Origin: Balanoglossus misakiensis
Lineage: Eukaryota; Animalia; Hemichordata
Assembly (NCBI GenBank): GCA_040954595.2
Contig: CM082586.2
Location: forward strand, 3,516,349 to 3,580,348
Length of the DNA: 64,000 nucleotides
Reading direction: 5' to 3'
Below are positions 43,701 through 53,191 of this stretch, piece after piece; positions within the stretch are counted from its first letter, which is position 1, and every line of letters begins with the position of its first letter. The translations under genes were made by a program, and so were the position numbers. Below the pieces are notes generated by a model, which did no database searches, was not told where the DNA came from, and saw nothing but the letters and a program-made list of their open reading frames with translations.

Positions 43701-46700
43701 CAACACAAAATGCTGGATCTGGTTTTCCTCGGGTGCGTTTGCTCGTACATTGTTTCCTCAACGAGCGGATCCAGACACCGAATACAGGGTGACCTGTGAG
43801 TGAACCCTCATTTGGAGTTCTTTGACCTTGCCGTCAATCAAGAACTGAGAGAGCTGCGTTTGGTGGCAACTCCTGAATGAAGTACCAATTTTGTCGCACG
43901 CTCTCTCTCAAATTCAAGTGCGAAGATTCATGAAATCCCGGTGATTTATAAAAAAAAAAAAAAACAGCTGCTTGTTGTCGGTGAAGGTCAAGGTGGATTT
44001 AATGCGCCTCTTTACAGTTCCTTATTTTCAATCGCGGACCCCATTGTTAAACATGATATTATAACTTGATTTCACTTTGCTGTCTGTGCATAGATATGCA
44101 GGAGTGACTCCTTTCCCCGTCCCCTACCTGCCAGCAAATTGGATTTTTTCTCCATCGCCAATCACCCGAGAAATTTAATGAGCCAAATGGATGGAAAATG
44201 AAAACACTATCGGTGCATGTGGTGATTGCGTGTAATATGCGTGCGTTTTCACCCAACAAAAGGTGCTAAACCACTTCTTTCCCCCATTTACTATTCCAGG
44301 GAGAGCTTTTGAAGTGATTACCACCAAGAAAGCGGATGTGAAGAAATTTGACGAAGTAAGTGAACGCTTTTTGCGTACGCCACATGGTGCATCAGTCAGC
44401 GGGGGATGCAACTGTTTTTGAATCCATGCAGGTTATTGCCTTGTTCACCTGATGACTTCATCTCCCTGTGATGCTCTGCCAAATTGGTGTATTTTGCCTG
44501 GCATAAGTCTACCACTAGAGAGTGCTATACAAGCACCAAGCACAGCTGAAGTTTCAAGCATAAATTGCCGTTCTAGTAACGGTGCTAATCTCATGTACGG
44601 CACGATGCAAATGAGAGATAGTTATTAGAATGCCAATCAAATGATTGATGTTATCTTATACATTTTTATACAACACAATGAGCTGACACTTAAATCTTTT
44701 GGATTGCACTGCCCAATTCCCCATTGTCACTTTTCAATTTAGCTTTTATACTTCTGTATTTAAGCTTTTGTACTGTAGAACAATCTTCTCTCTGTGAGTG
44801 CATGTCTTCACTGCACTGCTAGTTATTGTTTGGTCCAATAAACGGAGGACCCATAATCCCCTTGTCACAAAGGCATACGCTCGTTGAAATGATATTATTG
44901 GAACTCGATTGACGATCTTGATCTTGTGATCCCAATAATGCTACATATTTCGGAGTACGCCAACATACCCCAGGTGTTTCTCCTCCAAATCTCTAATTGA
45001 AGTAAGTCGCTTTGCCCGTGACTCACAGTCTGTATCTGATTGAACCTCTCCGTAAACAACACAGTCGTCCGCGAGGAGACGGAAATTAGATTGGACGCAA
45101 ATGAGGGGAGGTCACTGGTGAACAGCGAGAACAAGACGGGGGCCAAGTACATTGCTCTGTGGTTGTCACCGTATCACAACATTCAGGCAGAGTGTCAGAT
45201 GTCCCTGTCAACAATTACTTGTACGGTTCTGTCAGTCAAAAACAAAATTATATGTGGTTGACATGATGCCTTGAACGCTGTAAAAATGTTTACAAGGAGA
45301 AGGGGGTCCGTTAGGATTTCAAAGCTACATTTTTAACTTTTCGCTATGTTTTTAGTATTTCTGTTATGTGTATATCTACTACAGTTTTTTGTTCAAATTC
45401 TTGAAACATGATGAAACGCCCATGATTTAGCTTATCAACACAACTTGTGTATACGGTAGTCAACATTGTTATTTATTGTGTTCCAAATGGAGAAACACTA
45501 CAGGAAAGTTTAATGTAGAGTTACTGAAAGCAGCTGGTAATTTGTTTCAAAACAAAGAAAAGTACACAGGTGTTTACCAACACCAGCTGCTATGATATGT
45601 CCACTTCGGTGGAGTAAATATTTATTGTCAAAGCGATGCCATTTATTACTTCTATCATTTCCTGCTGAAGTTAAACTCCATCAGAGTTTGAACATTAATA
45701 ACACCGGATCAGAACACAACTCAGTTTCACCGACTCCCCTCTGATTGGCACCTGTGTAAACCATCCATGGTTTCAAATTGTCCCGAAGGTCGCTTAGAAT
45801 CATTTTTAAAAGCCTGGTCTAAATGAAAGTTACATTGATCGCGGCTCAATGCCAAAGCTAATGGGACTTAGAGCAGAGACTATAAAATGAAATTGAATTT
45901 TGCCCAAAGATCGAATGCCGACACTTGTTATGGGCGTAATAAGCAATATAATCAATAAGTACTTGCTGCTCCCATGCGGGTTGTACTTGCACATGATCCA
46001 TCCGATTTGATTATCAAGTATGGTGCTACGTTGCATGATATCCTTCTGTGTCTTAAGTCGTGCTTTGTGTCGGAAGACGCTTAATTATTACATGGACCAA
46101 AGTATATGGGAAAGTTCTTTTCTAAGAGGAAGTGTCAGTGAAAGAAAAAATCAGCAATCAAGATGGACAGTGATGTGACTTTTCTCACTAAAATTATTTT
46201 CTGAATGTTTTCATACATCATGCAACAGAAAACTGAATATTAATTTATTTTTATTTCTACATGTGCTTTCAGGTATACCCTGGTGATACATGGTTTCCTG
46301 GCTACAGTTGGAGGATAGCTGTGTGTCCAAGATGTGGACACCACTTAGGATGGTGGGTTGTTATCAGTTGGTTTGTTTCAGCTGAGCATTTGTGACAAAA
46401 TATGACCAGTTATAGCAAGAGATTATTTAGTCAATGATATCTGAGATGCGGAGAGCCTTGGTGTCTTGACTTCTTTTCACCACTTGGGGGCGGTATCACT
46501 TGGGACAAGAAACCTGGACCGAATACTGTCATATTCAAGTTATTTAGGTAATGAAAACACTGCATTATTTTTACTTCAGGTCGTATGAACCACACAACCA
46601 TCAACACGGTAAAAGCGACACAGATGAAACATTCCTTGGTTTAATATTGGATCATCTGATACATCAAGACTGTGAGTATGACATCTGCATATGCGCGCAA

Positions 46701-46859
46701 ATGCAGTGTTGTAACTAAGACTTTTAGAGCAGAAAACTTCAGCACATTTTTGAGATGCAAGTCGCTTTCAAATTGGCCATTATTTTCTCAATTTCTCTCC
46801 CTTTCCTCCGTGCAGATGCAGATTCCTTGTTGGTTATGCCCAAGACGTACAGAAGCTGA
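32439..46859 (+). CDS. Signal-peptide-bearing cereblon-like (stand-alone CULT / thalidomide-binding domain) protein, ~201 aa. Exons 32439-32574, 35610-35660, 36454-36600, 44300-44355, 46273-46352, 46580-46671, 46816-46859
   Basis: Spliced translation: MAAFSRGTMTSATTTYKCANVIILLAIAVLIFSEKTVEAHDDEWD-DEEFFVDPETLLLFVEA-EYLLCRQCGHEVTRATDLKRVASAQALRQRNDTILGIPEILIQLFQNPT-GRAFEVITTKKADVKKFDE-VYPGDTWFPGYSWRIAVCPRCGHHLG-WSYEPHNHQHGKSDTDETFLGLILDHLIHQD-YADSLLVMPKTYRS*. It has two CxxC Zn motifs, NPxG, WFPGYxW and HLGW, the CULT signature. All six introns are GT-AG with matching phases (1,1,1,0,2,1); total 606 nt. There is no Lon or DDB1-binding domain, so this is not canonical CRBN. Exon 2 is the least certain. 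Confidence 0.88.
33771..33873. repeat. (GT)n(ATGT)n compound microsatellite, preceded by degenerate (AGTT/AGTC)n
   Basis: Read directly from the sequence; intron 1 of the CULT gene. Confidence 0.95.
34484..34663. mobile_element. MITE / non-autonomous Tc1-mariner (pogo/Tigger-like) element, ~180 bp
   Basis: Imperfect TIRs CAGTAAAACCTATCTAAACCGAAC ... GTTCGGTTTAGACATGCAGGTTTTACAG, flanked by TA on both sides (34482-34483, 34664-34665), with internal GGTTTATAGAGGT-like subterminal repeats. Confidence 0.8.
34708..34775. repeat. (CA)n microsatellite, ~34 units
   Basis: Read directly from the sequence. Confidence 0.95.
34915..35095. mobile_element. Possible degenerate fold-back / MITE remnant
   Basis: Nested imperfect inverted repeats: TCATTAAAGCAC with GTGCTAATGA, and CCGAGTG..CAAACTTC with GAAGTTTG..CACTCGG. 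No clear target-site duplication. Confidence 0.3.
40480..40600 (+). mobile_element. tRNA-derived SINE remnant
   Basis: Pol III A-box-like TGGCCCATTGG (~40484) and B-box GGTTCAATCC (40531-40540), followed by GTGTCCTTG-TAAGGCACTTTAC, which resembles the conserved central SINE segment (GTGTCCTTGGGCAAGGCACTT). It does not fold as a full tRNA. Confidence 0.65.
41051..41597. repeat. Tandem repeat, ~190-196 bp unit, ~2.8 copies
   Basis: AAACTTGATTTTG recurs at 41051, 41247 and 41437. AAAAGGTGATTTGGTCAAGTACATC and TGTGATC..TGTGT.AATGCAGATTTTA recur in each unit. Confidence 0.9.
44890..45260 (-). mobile_element. Degenerate non-LTR retrotransposon (CR1/L2/Jockey-like) reverse-transcriptase fragment
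   Basis: Minus-strand pieces split by frameshifts and stops read FLTDRTVQVIVD..., NVLGPVL / LFSLFTSDLP, RLLADDCVVY (catalytic [Y/F]ADD-like) and QSDLLQLEIW...WGM...ITRSRSSIEFQ, the typical order of LINE RT motifs. Confidence 0.8.
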
Positions 46860-47872
46860 TGACAGCAAGACCGACAGACCAGATTGCAATGCAACAATTG
46901 AAAGTGTAAATACCTATGTTACTAAAAAAACAATGCCAGTTTTTTCCGAGATTTGTCTGTGTGATCTGAAATATTCTTGTCTATACAAATTGTGTCTACA
47001 GTACTTGGCTCACAACATTTGTACTGTTTGTATGTATAGGGGTGTGTATGTGTGTGATAGAGGCTGAAAGATAATGCACATAAGTTGCGCATAATCTGTG
47101 CATAATTATTGGCAGTGCTGAAAAATTGATTGCAGAATGTTACGTTCACTGCCAGTGTTATGATGTTGATGTACTTGATGGGGTATATGGATGGATGGAT
47201 CATGGACATAAATGCCACCCTTCAACTCTCTGTATTTTTTTTTTGGTTGAGGTAAAATCCAGCAGGTTAAGTAGTCCAGTGATGGATATCCCGCTGCAAT
47301 ATTTCAGGTTTCAACACACATGTAAACCCATTTTCTTGCCATGTTGTTTTAATCAGAGAGTAATTAACTACAATGTTCAGTTGGTCAAAAGAGCAATAAA
47401 ATATGTTTACTACATCAAATATCTGCCTGATACTTTCCTTGTACCCTAACCAGATGCAAGTACCTGGTGTGGTTTTTTTCACCACTGGTCAAATCACTCA
47501 ATAATAACTGCATTATGGATAAAAAAAAACTTTGACCAAGCCCTGTACTATTTCTGAATGACTGAGACAACAGATCAGGACCAGGTAAAATGTATAAAGT
47601 AATACTGGTCCATAGGAATCGTAGCGTTTACTATTTGCTATATCAAATAATTCATCGGACAATAAATGGTAGCGCTTGTGTACATCTGTTGTCATCCCGG
47701 AGTGTTGGGAGAAAAATCTCTTCAGAGTCACTGGCAAAGTTCATGACAAAAATGGTTGCCATAGTATCCAGTTTTCCCATGGCAGTATACAAAACGAAGA
47801 TGTCCATATGGTTTGTGATGTGTCTAGTTTCTTGGAAATAATAATATGATACAGGTGGTACTTCCGTTGTCA

Positions 47873-48392
47873 TCATCTGGCATCAAACACCACCACTGGA
47901 AATATGATTAAGGAAAGAAACATTGGTTCTTACATACAAATATTAGCAAAAGGAAACTGGACATATTCTTGTAAAAAATGACCAAGTATACATATTTGTT
48001 CTTATTCCATGTTTTTAAAACTAATTATCGTGTTAAGGATACTTCTTTTTGTTCTTTTCTTGTACATTATTCTGTAACCACATTCTCGGCATCTGATTGG
48101 ATCTCTGGCCTTGATCTCATTCTCATGATGACATTCTGGAAAAAAACATAGTTTGAGATAAACGTTACTTAATTTGCTGGCAGGTATGGATGACTGCTCC
48201 AATACCTTGACTATGACAGTTGGGGTTGTGTACCTTGTAATACATGTATACATACAAACTGATGATGCAGTGTAGGGGATGAAGACATTGTCCCAACACC
48301 TTGATAACCAACTCACCTCCACATATATAGACCATGGCTTGTCTGCCTTCTCGCCCGCCATCTTCCTTCTTCGGCGTAGCTGATGGATCCAT
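47873..48392 (-). CDS. POLR2K: DNA-directed RNA polymerases I, II and III subunit RPABC4 (RPB12), 63 aa. Exons 48392-48317, 48135-48043, 47895-47873
   Basis: [63 protein letters not shown], the highly conserved RPB12 zinc ribbon and C-terminus. There is probably a non-coding upstream exon (donor GTAAGT at ~48768, acceptor at 48405-48406). Confidence 0.97.
47896..48042 (-). other. U12-type (minor spliceosome) GT-AG intron of POLR2K, 147 nt
   Basis: 5' splice site GTATCCTTAAC; branch site TTTCCTTAAT about 10 nt upstream of the acceptor AG; no real polypyrimidine tract. Confidence 0.92.
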
Positions 48393-48769
48393 GAAAATAA
48401 ATGTCTGTATGAAACAGAAAGAAGACACCACCATACAGTTTAGGTCATTTCCGGGTCTTGAAACGGACAAGAAGTCTAGAGTTGAAACTATATTGTATGC
48501 CTTCAGCCCTGTACATTTCTGTGGGGCTCTTTCGACACGGTTGCCTCTATATTTGAGCACGACTGGCGACAGTTATTTCGAACATCGTCATTTTACAGAG
48601 ATACATCACCTAATATCTCCTTGTCGAGTAAACGTAGACAGTCTAAGATAACTGCAATGTGCATTGTTGTGATCTGCACATTCAATCAAGGTAGCACGTT
48701 GTAGAAGTTGGCAACCCCCCACTCTATACTAGCACCCACGAAAAAGACCAACATTTGTGGCTACTTACA

Positions 48770-49276
48770 TGTTCTACTCCCGCGCGACGAATAAACAGGA
48801 AAAGGCGGCTTGAACTTTCAAACAGACTAGACAAAACACAACTTTCCTACACAAACACCATCTTCACTTCTTCCACGCTGGTCATGTCAACGTGCAGTGT
48901 TTGCGTCTGCGTACATGCTACTATGGCGCGCCCTCCGCGGTAGATACGTAAAACCATTTGTTTACGGTCGGCCGAGAAAAAAAAACAACCAGTCGGAATA
49001 AAAGACGTCAGAACTTTCCAAAACTTCAAAATGACACTTGAATAATCTCTGACTGTCATTCTTTAATATCATGAAATGACAAGCATGTGATGAATAGCGT
49101 AAAGAATGTTCTCCGTTCTAAAGATAGTCCGGTTGGAACACATCCGGGTACTTCCACATGACCTCACGCTGATTGGTTGATAGCATGTTCTGCCCGGCAA
49201 ATTCAAAGTGCGAAATGTTACAAGACGCTTGTTGGGCATCCTACTGCTGACTGAAATTACAGCGGAAACCACACAA
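48770..49276. promoter_or_regulatory. Bidirectional promoter region shared by POLR2K (-) and the Emi gene (+)
   Basis: The genes are head-to-head with <900 bp between their first ATGs. The region is CpG-rich, with ATGGCGCGC (YY1/E2F-like) at ~48923, inverted CCAAT (GATTGG) at 49171 and CHR-like TTCAAA at 49025 and 49202. Confidence 0.6.
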
Positions 49277-51496
49277 ATGTCGATAGATAGAACCGATTGG
49301 ACCTGTACCGAGTATCCTACAATATATAAGGTATGTCTCAAACAATTTTGGTGATCATCGATGTTTTCGATCTGCGATTTTCAGTAATTTATTCCCACTC
49401 TTGTCAACAATGCACTGCTGACTTGCAGAGTGTTGTAACATGTAAGCATGTCGGTTTTGATCCGCGTTTTACAATTTTATGTTAACATTTGCTTTGTTTA
49501 AACGTTCTTTAAAGATGTCCAAGTTAATAACAAGAGAAAACCATGCAGTAACTGGTCAGCGATGGCGTGAAAACGACTTAGGATCGACCTGTATAGACCC
49601 CGAAGATATGTCAACAAAAAAACGATCGCGCGTTCTCAGCAACAACTCCCCACCGAGTGCAACGAAATCTCCAACAAACAGAACCCCCGATCCAAAAGCC
49701 CGTCGCATTTGCATTTCTGACGAGTTTAACGTACAATCCGTTGTGGACCGACTTGCGAAGTTCAATGTTGGCCACGATGTAAACGAACTGCCGGGACGCG
49801 AGAGTTCTGTTTTCTTGACACCGGACGACACCCCGTGTGCGATCAAAGTTAAAAACCACGGGCAACTGCGACCTGCTTCGCCCGATCTTGGAGTATCGCC
49901 TCTCGGAGAACCATACCAACCGACTCCAAACGTGGAACAAACAACACCATGGACAGTTGTCAAACAAGCAAGGAGGAGCACAGATATTCCAAAGTTTGCA
50001 CTGCACGATGACGATCTGGAAAGAGGCGCCGTTACCAAGGAAACCAAGGAAGATGGTGACGAAGCAACATCTCAGCTGATTGTCATTGAGCAAAAATCCA
50101 AATCAGAAAGAAGGCAATCTGTGGATTATGAAGATGACGACACCGATCCTAATATTGACAACAGTCACAACAAACCAGACGTTGTTACCCTGCACGGTGA
50201 ACTTGAAAAAGATGTTTCCCATGGAAACGTATCCCTTACAAAGACAGATGCGGAGTTTGCTCACAGTGAACTTGAAGAAACTATTGACAGCCGTGAATCT
50301 GCCAAAAATGACAAGTGTGTCTCTGCAGAGGGAATCTTACATTATCCCACAGGGGTGAAAGAGCCAATTCCTGACAGGGTGATTGGTAGAAAGATTGGAT
50401 TGCCGGATTGTGTGGACATCATTGGTGAATTATACAAATATGGTCTTCAGCGTGTGGTCTTCCAGTATTTGTCAACTGAGGATCTTCAGAGGTAAAATTC
50501 ATAATTCCTTTGTCAAATCAGAGTATATATTTTTGTGGTGCCATCAACCTGGGATTTTAAAAGCATTTTCTGCAATAAGTCCAGGTTTATAATACGGTTT
50601 ATCTGGTGTTGATGATATACTATTTGATCAAGACATAACTGCTAAGTTTGAAATGAATTATAATAATGTTCATTACAGGGTTTGCAGTACAAGCAAAACA
50701 TGGCGACAAGCGTGCCAATCAGATCCTGCAGCATGGTTGAGACGACAGGAACACCTCAAAGTTTCCAAGGATTCAAAAGTAAGAGCTCTTCATTGTTTAT
50801 TGATAAAACTTTCGGCACACTTCATCAGAAAAAGAATCGTATTTCGTGTGACATTTCAATAAGTGAGAAAAAAAGGTTTCCGTGTGAACTTTAGTATGTG
50901 CATGCTTTATGTAGAAATCACATATGATTGTTAATTATCATTGTCAATTGAAATCTTTGTAGGAGAACCCTCCCAAGAAGACATCCTTCACCAGATTGAT
51001 GACACCCAGTGACAGGGGACCACTGGGGACGGTGCAAACTATGGTGACGCCGTCTACGTCAGATTACACACCAACTGTGCTGACAACAAGATCTGAACAG
51101 TATTCTAAAGTGAGTTGATATTATACGAACAATTTTGAAAACCTGCAATGAAACCAAGAATCAGAGTTTCCACACCAAATATGAGCAATACGTAGATTAG
51201 CATTAAGTTTCAACAAGACTCCTCACTCTTCACTTAATATACTATTGCAGGTTGTGAAATCACTGTATAATGATGAGACCCTCAACAAGTGTCCGCGTTG
51301 CAGTTCCCCGGCCAGAGTGTCGCCGGCCGAGGAAAGGGCACGGTGTACAGGGATGAGCTGCCACTACGATTTCTGCACCAAGTGCCACTGTGCGGCCCAC
51401 GGCGCCAAGAAGTGCCCCGGGTTGAAGGAGAAAGCGAAAAGGTCAGAGGTCAAAGTTGGAAGTTCAAAGAGCAAGAAAAACCTGCGGAGGCTGTGA
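49277..51496 (+). CDS. FBXO43: Emi1/Emi2-family APC/C inhibitor (F-box only protein 5/43; Rca1-like), ~507 aa. Exons 49277-49330 (tentative), 49515-50491, 50679-50778, 50963-51109, 51251-51496
   Basis: F-box region (VDIIGELYKYGLQRVVFQYLSTEDLQRVCSTSKTWRQAC), a KEN motif formed across the exon 3/4 junction, D-box RGPLGTVQ, zinc-binding region CPRC...C...C..DFCTKCHCAAH...C and the diagnostic C-terminal RL tail SKKNLRRL*. Introns are GT-AG and in phase. Exon 1 (MSIDRTDWTCTEYPTIYK|GTATGT) splices in frame, but translation could instead start at 49515. Probably co-orthologous to FBXO5 and FBXO43; the symbol was chosen from the linkage to POLR2K. Confidence 0.92.
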
Positions 51497-52379
51497 GAGC
51501 GTTGCTGTGGCAACAGAATGCCAGGTGTCTTTGTAGACACATCATCAGCTGATTCTCATTTACATGTTCACCCCTATTCCCAGTGTAATAGGTCCACCCA
51601 CACCACCAAAAACAATGGGGTTGGACCAAGAATAGTGCAGTGAAAGGGGTTGATTAATCACATGTTAGGTGGTGGTCACAAACCTCCATACATTGGAGAC
51701 AGCTGCCTGTGCACTTGTACACTTGACTGTCCCAATGTGAGCATGTACATAGAAGGGGAATCACATTGTTATTTATTATCACAAGTTACTTGCAGGTGAA
51801 TTTTAGAACAGTTTTGCTGTCATATAAATTACATGCAGGTGAACTGTAGATTTTCAGAGGCATATTTGATTGTGGATACCATTTTTTCTGGTAATCAGCC
51901 TTGTATAAATAAGTTTGATAAATTTGGAGCAAAGTACTGAATTCAGTATAGATCTGTTTATTTTTTAAAAGAACACTGCCGTTGTATTTTTGATACTGTT
52001 ACATTGTTCCAAGAATGACTTAAGTCGTAAACTTTCATGAGAGAACTTTTAAGAAATGTATACAAATTTTAAAAAAACTTATTAATTACAGTACTAACAT
52101 TGAAGTAGACTTACACAAATTTGGTGAGTAAAATTTCGAATGAGTATTTGTGCTTGTAGATAGAAATCAAAGTAAAGTGGGCACTTGTCTATACAATGCA
52201 AAGCATTAATTAAGATAGCAATCATAAATCATTCTGTACTGTTGGTAACTTTATCCTTAGTAATCATGTTATAAGACATTTTTAGAATGTTGGATTGTTT
52301 CACCTGTTATGTATCAAGTTTACTGTCACATTATCAATACATCTTCCATCCTTCCACTAAAAATAACTCTAACTTCTGA

Positions 52380-52603
52380 TTTGTAAATACTTAATGAGTA
52401 CTTAAATATTTTTGTAACCAAAAAGTATCAATGCAAAGAAAAAAAAAACTAAAAATGTTTTACACTGTTTGTATTCCACACTTTTATACACAACTTTTCT
52501 GTCTCCTTATATCAGAATTTTCACTTTTTATAATCTTTTTGATACTTTTATATTCCTGTAAGTGCTTCTGTAGTTATATAATCTGTAGGAAGCTTGCAAT
52601 AAA
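52380..52603 (+). promoter_or_regulatory. Putative 3' end of the Emi mRNA: Pumilio element, three CPEs and a polyadenylation signal
   Basis: TGTAAATA at 52382, TTTTAT at 52482, 52526 and 52546, AATAAA at 52598-52603. Confidence 0.5.
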
Positions 52604-53191
52604 TGGAAATGTCTGTAAATCTTTCAGTGTACCGTTCAGTTTTTGTGCGGAAACTTGGGCCCTTTCCTAGAAGCCTATCCACTGTTTCTCAGTCTGCATA
52701 TGACATTGTCTGATTGTCATATTTCTGACCTGTGTGCAAGCAGAACCAAACTTACATGTATCAAACCCAGAAAGCCCACTGTAATAAAAAAAGGAAAGAT
52801 ACTCGCCAGGTATGTTTTGAGCGTTGAGGGCAGTATCGTATGGGGCACGTGTGAAGGGCGCCACCAAGCGTTAATTTATTTGTTTCATTTTTCTTTTCCT
52901 GCTTTTGGTTTCATTTTCGGTAAAAATTGTTTCCACGTCAAAGAAAAATCGGGGAACTGGTGGTAGAAAAATTGACTACACTTTAATCTGGGGTACATTC
53001 TCCTTTTGTAATTTCTCACTTGCCTAGGCACAGTCTGAGGCAGGAAATCTACTGAAGACAGCCAGAATTGCCACATAGTAGAAAAAAGGTGTGGTACTTC
53101 GAGCTTGTTCAAAATATTTTATGTAAATTGTCACCGGGGAAGATTATTTCGTTCAGTTCTGCAAACGACCAAGCCAACTGAAAGACAGGCA

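Noticed and set aside
48656-48683. AATGTGCA/TGCACATT hairpin with partial miR-33-like sequence in the POLR2K 5' intron
   Set aside because: The stem is only 8 bp, far too short for a pre-miRNA, and the match stops after about 9 nt.
49556-50093. Two ~160-aa antisense ORFs over Emi exon 2
   Set aside because: They overlap a well-supported coding exon and have no domain features.
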